Source of the DNA: Eledone cirrhosa
Taxonomy: Eukaryota
DNA: 64,000 nt
Direction: 5' to 3'
Assembly: GCA_964016885.1 (NCBI GenBank)
Contig: OZ024742.1
Span: 361,894,001-361,958,000 of the forward strand
Shown here: piece by piece, positions 49,701 to 62,785 of the stretch
Numbering within the stretch: position 1 is the first letter of the stretch
Layout: the number at the start of each line of letters is the position of its first letter
Translations under genes and position numbers: made by a program
Notes under the pieces: generated by a model
Told to the model about the DNA's origin: nothing
What the model saw: the letters and a program-made list of their open reading frames with translations, nothing else
Databases searched by the model: none

Positions 49701-52700
49701 GTATATATCAATATTTAGACATCTCGCCACTGTAGCTCTGCCAAATATAATGTATATATCAATATTTAGAAATCCCCCCACTGTAGCTTTACCTAATATA
49801 ATGTATATATATCTATATTTAGACATCTCCCCACTGTAGCTCTGCCTAATCTAATGTATATATCAATATTTAGAAATCTCCCCACTGTACCTCTGTCTAA
49901 TATAATGTATATATCAATATTTAGACATCTCCCCACTCTACCTCTGTCTAATATAATGTATATATCTATATTTAGACATGTCCCACTGCAGCTCTGTCTA
50001 ATCTAATGTATATATCTATATTTAGACATCTCCCCACTGTAGCTCTGCCAAATATAATGTATATATCTATATTTAGACATCTCCCCACTGTAACTCGGCC
50101 TAATATAAGGTATATATCAATATTTAGACATCTCCCCCACCGTATCTCTGTCTAATCTAATGTATATATCTATATTTAGACATCTCCCCACTGTAGCTCT
50201 GCCAAATATAATGTATATATCTATATTTAGACATCTCCCCAATTGTGGCTCTGCCTAATATAATGTATATATCAATATTTAGACATCTCTCCCACTGTAG
50301 CTCTGCTTAATCTAATGTATATATCAATATTTAGACATCTGCCCAATTGTAGCTCTGCCTAATATAATGTATATATCAATATTTAGACATCTCTCCCACT
50401 GTAACTCTGCCTAATCTAATGTATATATCTATATTTAGACATCTCCCCCACTATAGCTCTGCCTAATCTAATGTATATATCAATAATTAGACATCTCCCC
50501 ACTGAAGCTCTGCCAAATATAATGTATATATCAATATTTAGACATCTCACCCACAGTAGCTCTGCCTAATATAATGTATATAGCAATATATAGACATCTC
50601 CCTCACAAGTAGCTCTGCCTAATCTAATGTATATATATATATTTAGACATCTCCCCCACTATAGCTCTGTCTAATCTAATGTATATATCAATATTTAGAC
50701 CTCTCCCCCACTGTAGCTCTGCCTAATCTAATCTATATATCAACATTTAGACATCTCCCCACTGCAGCTCTTCCAAATATAATGTATATATCAATATTTA
50801 GACATCTCCCCAACTGTAGCTCTGTCTAATCTAATGTATATATCAATATTTAGACATCTCCCACACTGCAGCTCTGCCTAATATAATGTATATATCTCAA
50901 TTTAGACATCTCCCACTGTCACTCTGCCTAATATAATGTATATATCAATATTTAGACATCTCCCCCACTGTAACTCTGCCTAATCTAACGTATATATCAA
51001 TATTTAGACATCTACCCCACTGTAGCTCTGCCTAATCTAATGTATGGAAAATATTTAGAAATCTCCGCCACTGTATTTCTGCCTAATAAAATGTATATAT
51101 CTATATTTAGACATCTCCTCCACTGTAGCTCTGTCTAATATAATGTATATATCAATATTTAGACATCTCCCCACTGTAACTCGGCCTAATATAAGGTATA
51201 TATCAATATTTAGACATCTCCCCACTGTAGCTCTGTCTAATCTAATGTATATATCAATATTTAGACATCTCCCCCACCGTATCTCTGTCTAATCTAATGT
51301 ACATATCAATATTTAGACATCTCCCCACTGTAGCTCTGCCAAATATAATGTATATATAAATATTTAGACATCTCTCCAATTGTAGCTCTGCCTAATATAA
51401 TGTATATATCAATATTTACACATCTCCCCACTGTAGCTCTGCCTAATATAATGTATATATCAGTAATTAGACATCTCCCCCATTGTAGCTCTGCCTAATA
51501 TAATGTATATATCAATATTCAGACATCTCCCCAATGTAACTCTGCCTAATATAATGTATATATCAATATTTAGACATCTCGCCACTGTAGCTCTGCCAAA
51601 TATAATGTATATATCAATATTTAGACATCTCCCGCACTGTAGCTTTGCCTAATATAATGTATATATCTATATTTAGACATCTCCCCCACTGTAGCTTTGC
51701 CTAATATAATGTATATATCTATATTTAGACTTCTCCCCACTGCAGCTCTGTCTAATCTAATGTATATATCTATATTTAGACATCTCCCCACTGTAGCTCT
51801 GCCAAATACAATGTATATATCAATATTTAGACATCTCAACCACAGTAGCTCTGCCTAATATAATGTATATATCTATATTTAGACATCTCCCCCACTGTAG
51901 CTCTGTGTAATATAATGTATATATCTATTTTTAGATATCTCCCCTACTGTAACTCTGTCTAATCTAATGTATATATCAATATTTAGCCATCTCCCCCACT
52001 GTAGCTCTGTCTAATCTAATGTATATATCAATATTTAGACATCTCCCACACTGCAGCTCTGCCTAATATAATGTATATATCTCAATTCAGACATCTCCCC
52101 ACTGTCTCTCTGCCTAATATAATGTATATATCAATATTTAGACAACTCCCCCACTGTCGCTCTGCTTAATCTAATGTATATATCAATATTTAGACATCTC
52201 CCCACTGTAACTCTGCCTAATCTAACGTATATATCAATATTTAGACATCTACCCCATTGTAGCTCTGCCTAATCTAATGTATGGAAAATATTTAGAAATC
52301 TCCGCCACTGTATTTCTGCCTAATAAAATGTATATATCTATATTTAGACATCTCCCCCACTGTAGCTCTGTCTAATATAATGTATATATCAATATTTAGA
52401 CATCTCCCCACTGTAACTTGGCCTAATATAAGGTATATATCAATATTTAGACATCTCCCCCACCGTATCTCTGTCTAATCTAATGTACATATCAATATTT
52501 AGACATCTCCCCACTGTAGCTCTGCCAAATATAATGTATATATAAATATTTAGACATCTCTCCAATTGTAGCTCTGCCTAATATAATGTATATATCAATA
52601 TTTAGACATCTCCCACTGTAGCTCTGCCTAATATAATGTATATATCAGTATTTAGACATCTCCCCCACTGTAGCTCTGCCTAATATAATGTATATATCAA

Positions 52701-55700
52701 TATTCAGACATCTCCCCAATGTAACTCAGCCTAATATAATGTATATATCAATATTCAGACATCTCCCCAATGTAGCTCTGCCAAATATAATGTATATATC
52801 AATATTTAGAAATCCCCCCACTGTAGCTTTGCCTAATATAATGTATATATATCTATATTTAGACATCTCCCCACTGTAGCTCTGCCTAATCTAATGTATA
52901 TATCAATATTTAGACATCTCCCCACTGTACCTCTGTCTAATATAATGTATATATCAATATTTAGACATCTCCCCACTCTACCTCTGTCTAATATAATGTA
53001 TATATCTATATTTAGACATGTCCCACTGCAGCTCTGTCTAATCTAATGTATATATCTATATTTAGACATCTCCCCACTGTAGCTCTGCCAAATATAATGT
53101 ATATATCTATATTTAGACATCTCCCCACTGTAACTCGGCCTAATATAAGGTATATATCAATATTTAGACATCTCCCCCCCCGTATCTCTGTCTAATCTAA
53201 TGTATATATCAATATTTAGACATCTCCCCCACTGTAGCTCTGCCAAATATAATGTATATATCTATATTTAGACATCTCCCCAATTGTGGTTCTGCCTAAT
53301 ATAATGTATATATCAATATTTAGACATCTCCCCCACTGTAGCTCTGCTTAATCTAATGTATATATCAATATTTAGACATCTCTCCCACTGTAACTCTGCC
53401 TAATCTAATGTATATATCTATATTTAGACATCTCCCCCACTATAGCTCTGTCTAATCTAATGTATATATCAATATTTAGACATCTCCCCCACTGTAACTC
53501 TGCCTAATCTAATGTATATATCAATAATTAGACATCTCCCCACTGAAGCCCTGCCAAATATAATGTATATATCAATATTTATACATCTCCCACAGTAGCT
53601 CTGCCTAATATAATGTATATAGCAATATATAGACATCTCCCCCACTATAGCTCTGTCTAATCTAATGTATATATCAATATTTAGAATTCTCCCCCACTGT
53701 AGCTCTGCCTAATCTAATGTATATCTCAACATTTAGACATCTCCCCACTGTAGCTCTTCCAAATATAATGTATATATCAATATTTAGACATCTCCCCCAC
53801 TGTAGCTCTGTCTAATCTAATGTATATATCAATATTTAGACATCTCCCACACTGCAGTTCTGCCTAATATAATGTATATATCTCAATTTAGACATCTCCC
53901 CACTGTCACTCTGCCTAATATAATGTATATATCAATATTTAGACATCTTCCCCACTGTAACTCTGCCTAATCTAACGTATATATCAATATTTAGACATCT
54001 ACCCCACTGTAGCTCTGCCTAATCTAATGTATGGAAAATATTTAGAAATCTCCGCCACTGTATTTCTGCCTAATAAAATGTATATATCTATATTTAGACA
54101 TCTCCCCCACTGTAGCTCTGTCTAATATGATGTATATATCAATATTTAGACATCTCCCCACTGTAACTCGGCCTAATATAAGGTATATATCAATATTTAG
54201 ACATCTCACCACTGTAGCTCTGTCTAATCTAATGTATATATCAATATTTAGACATCTCCCCAACCGTATCTCTGTCTAATCTAATGTACATATCAATATT
54301 TAGACATCTCCCCACTGTAGCTCTGCCAAATATAATGTATATATCAATATTTAGACATCTCCCCACTGTAGCTCTGCCTAATATAATGTATATATCAGTA
54401 ATTAGACATCTCCCCCACTGTAGCTCTGCCTAATATAATGTATATATCAATATTCAGACATCTCCCCAATTTAACTCTGCCTAATATAATGTATATATCA
54501 ATATTTAGACATCTCGCCACTGTACCTCTGCCAAATATAATGTATATATCAATATTTAGACATCTCCCCCACTGTAGCTTTGCCTAATATAATGTATATA
54601 TCTATATTTAGACATCTCCCCAGTGTAGCTCTGCCTAATCTAATGTCTATATCAATATTTAGACATCTCCCCACTGTACCTCTGTCTAATATAATGTATA
54701 TATCAATATTTAGACATCTCCCCACTCTACCTCTGTCTAATATAATGTATATATCTATATTTAGACATCTCCCACTGCAGCTCTGTCTAATCTAACGTAT
54801 ATATCTATATTTAGACATCTCCCCACTGTAGCTCTGCCAAATATAATGTATATATCAATATTTAGACATCTCCCCCACAGTATCTCTGTCTAATCTAATG
54901 TATATATCAATATTTAGACATCTCCCCCACTGTAGCTCTGCCAAATATAATGTATATATCTATATTTAGACATCTCCCCAATTGTAGCTCTGCCTAATAT
55001 AATGTATATAGCAATATATAGACATCTCCCCCACAAGTAGCTCTGCCTAATCTAATGTATCTATATATATTTAGACATCTCCCCAATTGTAGCTCTGTCT
55101 AATCTAATGTATATATCAATATTTAGACATCTCCCCCACTGTAACTCTGCCTAATCTAATGTATATATCAATAATTAGACATCTCCCCACTGAAGCTCTG
55201 CCAAATATAATGTATATATCAATATTTAGACATCTCACCCACAGTAGCTCTGCCTAATATAATGTATATAGCAATATATAGACATCTCCCCCACAAGTAG
55301 CTCTGCCTAATCTAATGTATATATATATATCTAGACATCTCCCCCACTATAGCTCTGTCTAATCTAATGTATATATCAATATTTAGACCTCTCCCCCACT
55401 GTAGCTCTGCCAAATCTAATGTATATATCAACATTTAGACATCTCCCCACTGTAGCTCTTCCAAATATAATGTATATATCAATATTTAGACATCTCCCCA
55501 CTGTAACTCTGCCTAATATAATGTATATATCAATATTTAGACATCTCCCCACTGTACCTCTGTCTAATATAATGTATATATCAATATTTAGACATCTCCC
55601 CTCTCTACCTCTGTCTAATATAATGTATATATATATATTTAGACATGTCCCACTGCAGCTCTGTCTAATCTAATGTAAATATCTATATTTAGACATCTCC

Positions 55701-58700
55701 CCACTGTAGCTCTGCCAAATATAATGTATATATCAATATTTAGACATCTCCCCACTGTAGCTCTTCCAAATATAATGTATATATCAATATTTAGACATCT
55801 CAACCACAGTAGCTCTGCCAAATATAATGTATATATCAATATTTAGACATCTCCCCACTGTAGCTCTGCCAAATATAATGTATATATCAATATTTAGACA
55901 TCTCCCCCACTATAGCTCTGTCTAATCTAATGTATATATCAATATTTAGACCTCTCCCCCACTGTAGCTCTGCCTAATCTAATGTATATATCAACATTTA
56001 GACATCTCCCCACTGTAGCTCTTCCAAATATAATGTATATATAAATATTTAGACATCTCCCCCACTGTAGCTCTGTCTAATCTAATGTATATATCAATAT
56101 TTAGACATCTCCCACACTGCAGCTCTGCCTAATATAATGTATATATCTCAATTTAGACATCTCCCCACTGTCACTCTGCCTAATATAATGTATATATCAA
56201 TATTTAGACATCTCTTCCACTGTAACTCTGCCTAATCTAACGTATATATCAATATTTAGACATCTACCCCACTGTAGCTCTGCCTAATCTAATGTATGGA
56301 AAATATTTAGAAATCTCCGCCACTGTATTTCTGCCTAATAAAATGTATATATCTATATTTAGACATCTCCCCACTGAAGCTCTGTCTAATCTAATGTATA
56401 TATCAATATTTAGACATCTCCCCCACCGTATCTTTGTCTAATCTAATGTACATATCAATATTTAGACATCTCCCCACTGTAGCTCTGCCAAATATAATAT
56501 ATATATAAATATTTAGACATCTCTCCAATGGTAGCTCTGCCTAATATAATGTATGTATCAATATTTAGACATCTCCCCACTGTAGCTCTGCCAAATATAA
56601 TGTATATATCAATATTTAGACATCTCCCCACTGTAGCTCTGCCTAATATAATGTATATATCAGTAATTAGACATCTCCCCCACTGTAGCTCTGCCTAATA
56701 TAATGTATATATCAATATTCAGACATCTCCCCAATTTAACTCTGCCTAATATAATGTATATATCAATATTTAGACATCTCGCCACTGTACCTCTGCCAAA
56801 TATAATGTATATATCAATATTTAGACATCTCCCCCACTGTAGCTTTGCCTAATATAATGTATATATCTATATTTAGACATCTCCCCAGTGTAGCTCTGCC
56901 TAATCTAATGTCTATATCAATATTTAGACATCTCCCCACTGTACCTCTGTCTAATATAATGTATATATCAATATTTAGACATCTCCCCACTCTACCTCTG
57001 TCTAATATAATGTATATATCTATATTTAGACATCTCTCCAATGGTAGCTCTGCCTAATATAATGTATATATCAATATTTAGACATCTCGCCACTGTACCT
57101 CTTCCATATATAATGTATATATCAATATTTAGACATCTCCCCCACTGTAGCTCTGCATAATCTAATGTATATATCAACATTTAGACATCTCCCCACTGTA
57201 GCTCTTCCAAATATAATGTATATATCAATATTTAGACATCTCAACCACAGTAGCTCTGCCTAATATAATGTATATATCTATATTTAGACATCTCCCCCAC
57301 TGTAGCTCTGTCTAATATAATGTATATATCTATTTTTAGATATCTCCCCTACTGTAACTCTGTCTAATCTAATGTATATATCAATATTTAGACATCTCCC
57401 CCACTGTAGCTCTGTCTAATCTAATGTATATATCAATATTTAGACATCTCCCACACTGCAGCTCTGCCTAATATAATGTATATATCTCAATTCAGACATC
57501 TCCCCACTGTCACTCTGCCTAATATAATGTATATATCAATATTTAGACATCTCCCCACTGTAACTCGGCCTAATATAAGGTATATATCAATATTTAGACA
57601 TCTCCCCACTGTAGCTCTGTCTAATCTAATGTATATATCAATATTTAGACATCTCTCCCACCGTATCTTTGTCTAATCTAATGTACATATCAATATTTAG
57701 ACATCTCCCCACTGTAGCTCTGCCAAATATAATATATATATAAATATTTAGACATCTCTCCAATGGTAGCTCTGCCTAATATAATGTATGTATCAATATT
57801 TAGACATCTCCTCACTGTAGCTCTGCCTAATATAATGTATATATCAGTATTTAGACATCTCTCCCACTTTAGCTCTGCCTAATATAATGTATATATATCA
57901 ATATTCAGACATCTCCCCACTGTAACTCTGCCTAATATAATGTATATATCAATATTTAGACATCTCCCCACTGTACCTCTGTCTAATATAATCTATATAT
58001 CAATATTTAGACATCTCCCCACTCTACCTCTGTCTAATATAATGTATATATCTATATTTAGACATGTCCCACTGCAGCTCTGTCTAATCTAATGTATATA
58101 TCTATATTTAGACATCTCCCCACTGTAGCTCTGCCAAATATAATGTATATATCAATATTTAGACATCTCCCCACTGTAGCTCTGCCAAATATAATGTATA
58201 TATCTATATTTAGACATCTCCCCACTGTAACTCGGCCTAATCTAATGTATATATCAATATTTAGACATCTACCCCACTGTAGCTCTGCCAAATATAATAT
58301 ATATATCTATATTTAGACATCTCCCCAATTGTGGCTCTGCCTAATATAATGTATATATCAATATCTAGACATCTCCCCCACTGTAGCTCTGCTTAATCTA
58401 ATGTATATATCAATATTTAGACATCTCCCCAATTGTAGCTCTGTCTAATCTAATGTATATATCAATATTTAGACATCTCCCCCACTGTAACTCTGCCTAA
58501 TCTAATGTATATATCAATAATTAGACATCTCCCCACTGAAGCTCTGCCAAATATAATGTATATATCAATATTTAGACATCTCACCCACAGTAGCTCTGCC
58601 TAATATAATGTATATAGCAATATATAGACATCTCCCCCACAAGTAGCTCTGCCTAATCTAATGTATATATATATATCTAGACATCTCCCCCACTATAGCT

Positions 58701-59180
58701 CTGTCTAATCTAATGTATATATCAATATTTAGACCTCTCCCCCACTGTAGCTCTTCCAAACATAATGTATATATCAATATTTAGACATCTCCCCACTGTA
58801 ACTCTGCCTAATATAATGTATATATCAATATTTATACATCTCCCCACTGTACCTCTGTCTAATCTAATGTATATATCAATATTTAGATATCTCCCCCACT
58901 ATAGCTCTGTCTAATACAATGTATATATCAATATTTAGACATCTCCCCCACCGTAGCTCTGCCTAATGTAATGTATATATCTATATTTAGACATCTCCCC
59001 CACAGTAGGTCTGCCTAATATAATGTTCATATATATTTAGACATCTCCCCACTGTAACTCGGCCTAATATAAGGTATATATCAATATTTAGACATCTCCC
59101 CACTGTAGCTCTGTCTAATCTAATGTATTTATCAATATTTAGATATCACCCCCACCGTAGCTCTGTCTAATATAATGTAT
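19721..59180 (+). repeat. 51/52-bp satellite array, main block (about 39.5 kb, roughly 765 monomers) with higher-order structure
   Basis: Consensus tatttagacatctcccc(c)actgtagctctg(c/t)ctaat(a/c)taatgtatatatc(a/t)a. Length varies with the C4/C5 run. Variant monomers recur in a fixed order. Confidence 0.98.
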
Positions 59181-59475
59181 CATCATCATCATCATCATCA
59201 CCGTTTTACGTCCGTTCTTCCACGCTAGCATGGGTTAGACGGGTTGTCCTGTTGTGGGCAGTGTCTGGTCGGCTGACCATGCCTTGCTCATACAGGAACT
59301 GATCTGGCTTGATTTCTACAGCTGGATGCCCTTCCTAACACCAACCTCATTTACAGTGAGTGCTGGGTGCTTTTTCGTGGCGCCTACACGTCCACTTTAC
59401 AGTGTGGGCTGGGTGCTTTTTTGCCGTGGCACCTCCACGACCACCTTGCGGTGGGGGGCATATTGTTTATATGCT

Positions 59476-62400
59476 TCAGCATGTACCCATGGGAGGTCGG
59501 GTACCCTGTATTACTGCGTGACGCCAGAAGTCACGGTCGTGTGTCATTGACTTTGAGAGGTGTAGTTGGGTAAGGTCGGCTTTTATCACCTCATCCCAAG
59601 TCATCTTGGGTCTCCCCACTCCGCGGTTTCCATCAACTTCTAGTGCTCTGCACCTTTTTATGCAGCTGTCATCCTTCATACGCATCACATGTCCATACCA
59701 GCGTAACCGCCTCTCCTGCACGCAGCATTTGATTCCTCTTATGCTCAGTCTCTCTCTCAATTCATTTATGCTTTGTCGTTCACGTATATTACTGTTACAC
59801 ATCCATCGGAGCATGCAGGCTTCGTTTCTCTCTAATCTACGTAAGTCTTCCACCTTCAGCGCCCAGGTCTCACTACCATGCAACATCGCTGTTCGGATAC
59901 ACGCATCATACAGTCTGCCTTTCATTCTGAGGGAGAAGCCTTTTGCAGCTAGCAGTGGTAGTAGTTCCCTAAACTTCTTCCATCCCGTTCTTACCCTAGT
60001 TATTGTACTTTCTGAGCACCCACCTCCGTTGCTAATTCGGTCACCTAGGTAGCAGAAGCTGTCTACTGTTTCTACAGGGCCCTCCCAGAGATTGGTGGTA
60101 CTTGTTTCCTGTGGCTGTTTGCTTGCTGTTTCAGCACAGCTGCTGCATGTGAATCCTACATTCTTAATTAAGCTTCCTGAGATCCCGCTACATCTCTTGT
60201 GTACCCATTGTTTGCATTTGGGGCAAAGAATGGAGTTCCTACCTACACCTTTCCTACATACTGAGCAAGGCCATTTCCCTGAGGGGATCTGGGTTCTGTT
60301 TTCTCGTCTACTTATAAGGACCTTAGTCTTTGTCATGTTGACTTTGAGGCCCTTTCTCTCTAGTCCCTGCTTCCAGGTTTGGAATTTATTCTCTAGTTCT
60401 ACCATAGATTCAGCTATGAGTGCGAGGTCATCAGCATACAGGAGTTCCCATGGGCATCCGGTCTTAAACTCCTCCGTTATTGCCTGCAGGACTATGATGA
60501 ACAGGAGAGGGCTAAGAACAGAGCCCTGGTGGACCCCAACCTGTACGCTAAATTCCTCGCTATACTCATTGCCAATCCTAACTTTGCTGACTGCTCCCCT
60601 ATACATGGCTTGTACCGCTTTCACAAGCCATTCATCTACTCCTAGTTTTCTAAGAGCCCACCAGATTACTGCACGTGGAACTCTGTCAAAGGCTTTCTCA
60701 AGGTCGACAAATGCCAAGTAGAGTGGCTTACTTTTAGCTAGGTACTTTTCCTGTAATTGCCTCACAAGGAAGAGCGCATCAGTGGTGCCTTTCCCTGGTA
60801 CAAACCCAAATTGCATCTCGTCTATATTCACCCGGTCCCTAATCAGCTGTGCTATAACTCTTTCTGTTACTTTCATGACCTGGTCCATCAACTTTATACC
60901 TCTATAGTTTCCTCTATCTAGTGCATCACCTTTACCTTTGTAGCAGTTGACAATGATGCTACTGCACCAATCTTTTGGTATGGCCCCCTCTAGTATTACC
61001 TGGTTAACGATACGTGTGGTTATAGTGTGACCTACAGACCCAGATGCCTTCAGCATCTCGGCAGCTATACCCGATGGCCCGGTTGCCTTCCCTATCTTCA
61101 TATCTCTGATTGCCTTACTTACTACGCTGCCGCTGACTTGTACTGCTGGTCCCTCTATAGGGGCTACGTGGGGTAGGGTCTCTTCTTCCCATGCATTCTC
61201 CTCATTTAGTAATCTATCATAATGACTCTTCCATGCATCTTTCTTCTCAGCACTTGTGAGGGCAAGCTCACCTTTATCATTCCGGATACACTTCTCTCCA
61301 ATGACATCACAACTATCTCTGACACACTGCCTCGCAATCTTGAATACCTCCTGTTTCTGGTCCTCACGTTGTAAAACATGCTTGAATTTTCTATCCTCTG
61401 CTTCCCTCCTAGCTAAGTATACTTGTCGCCTAGCTTCCCTCTTGGTCTCTATGTAATGTACCCTGCTCCCCCCGTTCTTCCATTCTTTCCATGCCTGTCT
61501 CTTGGCCTTGACTGCTTCATCTACCTTATTGTTCCACCACCAAGTCACTCTCCTCCTGCTTGAGGTCTTACTCCAGCCACAAACCTCATCCGTCGCCTCT
61601 AGTAAGTTATTTTTTAGGAACTCCCAGTTCTCTTCTACGTTAAATGTCTCTATCTGTTCTTCTTTACTGTCGTAGGCGTTGAGTAAAATATCTTTAAATC
61701 TGTTACTGGTTGAGGGGACTTTCAGCTTCCAGATCTTTCTTCTCCAGGTTGGCCTCTGTTTCAGGGCTCGTCTAGTTCTGACCGTGAGGTCGCTGACAAC
61801 TAAGCTATGTTGGGATGTACATTCCTCACTAGGGAAGGCTTTTGTGTTTACGACCGTCCATCTGTCACGTCCTCTGATGAGGATAAAATCTAACTGACTA
61901 GAGTGCTCCCCTGATCTATAGGTGATCAGGTGGTTGTCGGGTTTTTTAAAGTTTGTGTTACATATCGACATGTCATTGGCGTCGCAGAATTCTAGAAGTC
62001 TGAATCCTTCCTCATTCCTTGTGCCAACTCCATGGCCTCCATGTACTCTATTGAAGCCGTCGCAGTGTTTACCTACGTGTCCGTTAAAATCTCCTGCAAT
62101 GATTAGGAAGTCCTTGTCGTCTGTTAGAGCAGTAGTGTGTATTAGGGACTCGTAAAACCTATCCTTAAGTTCGTCTGGCAGCCCCGATTGGGGTGCGTAA
62201 GCTGATATTATTGTGGTAATTGTCTTATTCAGGACTAGTCTGAGTTTAATGATTCTTGCATTTACCCTGTACACTGAGATTACTTTATCTACCCACTTGT
62301 CAGCTAATAGTATACCTACACCACCCATCCCATCGTCATTTCCCACCCAGAAAAATTTGTAGCACTGGCTTTTTCCTACAAGGACTCTAGCAGACCCTCC

Positions 62401-62595
62401 TCTCCATCTAGTCTCTTGCACACAGCATACATCAACTTCCTTTCGCTCTAGCATTTCTACGATTTCTCCTGCTCTTCCTTTCATTGAGCCTACATTGATG
62501 GTACCAACTCGGAGTTTTGGGCATTTGTCGACACTCGTAGGGGAGGGTCTCTGGGTTGGCGCTTCACGTGGGTGCTTGGTAGCTCGCAGATTCAT
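59476..62595 (-). CDS. RTE retrotransposon polyprotein: AP endonuclease - reverse transcriptase - PHD finger - C-terminal domain (1039 aa, uninterrupted)
   Basis: APE motifs GTINVG, VQETRW, SAYAPQ, AGDFNGHVG, QLDFIL, SQH; RT motifs NYRGIKL, QFGF, FVDLEKAFD, GVHQGSVLSPLLF, LLYADD; C4HC3 finger at 60267-60136; MLHGSETW, RLRWYGHVMRM, GRPKMTW. Confidence 0.95.
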   Translation of the reverse strand: MNLRATKHPREAPTQRPSPTSVDKCPKLRVGTINVGSMKGRAGEIVEMLERKEVDVCCVQETRWRGGSARVLVGKSQCYKFFWVGNDDGMGGVGILLADKWVDKVISVYRVNARIIKLRLVLNKTITTIISAYAPQSGLPDELKDRFYESLIHTTALTDDKDFLIIAGDFNGHVGKHCDGFNRVHGGHGVGTRNEEGFRLLEFCDANDMSICNTNFKKPDNHLITYRSGEHSSQLDFILIRGRDRWTVVNTKAFPSEECTSQHSLVVSDLTVRTRRALKQRPTWRRKIWKLKVPSTSNRFKDILLNAYDSKEEQIETFNVEENWEFLKNNLLEATDEVCGWSKTSSRRRVTWWWNNKVDEAVKAKRQAWKEWKNGGSRVHYIETKREARRQVYLARREAEDRKFKHVLQREDQKQEVFKIARQCVRDSCDVIGEKCIRNDKGELALTSAEKKDAWKSHYDRLLNEENAWEEETLPHVAPIEGPAVQVSGSVVSKAIRDMKIGKATGPSGIAAEMLKASGSVGHTITTRIVNQVILEGAIPKDWCSSIIVNCYKGKGDALDRGNYRGIKLMDQVMKVTERVIAQLIRDRVNIDEMQFGFVPGKGTTDALFLVRQLQEKYLAKSKPLYLAFVDLEKAFDRVPRAVIWWALRKLGVDEWLVKAVQAMYRGAVSKVRIGNEYSEEFSVQVGVHQGSVLSPLLFIIVLQAITEEFKTGCPWELLYADDLALIAESMVELENKFQTWKQGLERKGLKVNMTKTKVLISRRENRTQIPSGKWPCSVCRKGVGRNSILCPKCKQWVHKRCSGISGSLIKNVGFTCSSCAETASKQPQETSTTNLWEGPVETVDSFCYLGDRISNGGGCSESTITRVRTGWKKFRELLPLLAAKGFSLRMKGRLYDACIRTAMLHGSETWALKVEDLRRLERNEACMLRWMCNSNIRERQSINELRERLSIRGIKCCVQERRLRWYGHVMRMKDDSCIKRCRALEVDGNRGVGRPKMTWDEVIKADLTQLHLSKSMTHDRDFWRHAVIQGTRPPMGTC

Positions 62596-62771
62596 ATTTC
62601 ATCTATTGATTCAGAGTTGCTCGTGTATTCCCAGCTCATCCATCCATAACGGTGGGAAAATTGAGGGCTAGAAGGACAGTGGTGGTGGGGTAATGGCAGG
62701 GTGTGTTGGGATGCGCCAGAGGAGGAGAGAGTTAGTTAGGCAGGTAGTAGCAGCAGCAGTGGAAATGGCAT
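62592..62771 (-). other. Upstream short ORF in the RTE leader whose stop overlaps the main start (ATGA)
   Basis: 60 codons MPFPLLLLLPA*LTLSSSGASQHTLPLPHHHCPSSPQFSHRYGWMSWEYTSNSESIDEI*, with one internal TAA. The last 15 codons form an intact ATG-initiated ORF. Confidence 0.45.
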
Positions 62772-62785
62772 GCTAGGTTTGATTG

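Larger units (their letters stand above)
59181..62785 (-). mobile_element. Apparently full-length RTE-clade LINE (3605 bp) inserted in the satellite
   Basis: 190-nt 5' leader, a single 1039-aa ORF, about 295-nt 3' UTR with an internal duplication of about 46 bp and a (TGA)n tail. The satellite monomer is split at aatgtat|atatc with gtat on both sides (59177-59180, 62786-62789). Confidence 0.95.

Noticed and set aside
19721-59180. Dozens of short ORFs (MYISIFRHLPTVALPNI and GRCLNIDIYIIFGRATV repeats) on both strands
   Set aside because: The 51-bp monomer is 17 codons and happens to be stop-free in one frame per strand. Frequent 52-bp monomers break the frame, so there is no sign of coding constraint.
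19435-59350. Inverted RTE 3' ends bracketing the array like giant terminal inverted repeats
   Set aside because: The right copy is the tail of a full LINE and the satellite continues beyond it, so these are independent insertions.
62596-62785. HDV-like ribozyme in the RTE 5' leader, as known for some RTEs
   Set aside because: I could not build the nested double pseudoknot by eye; a covariance-model search would be needed.
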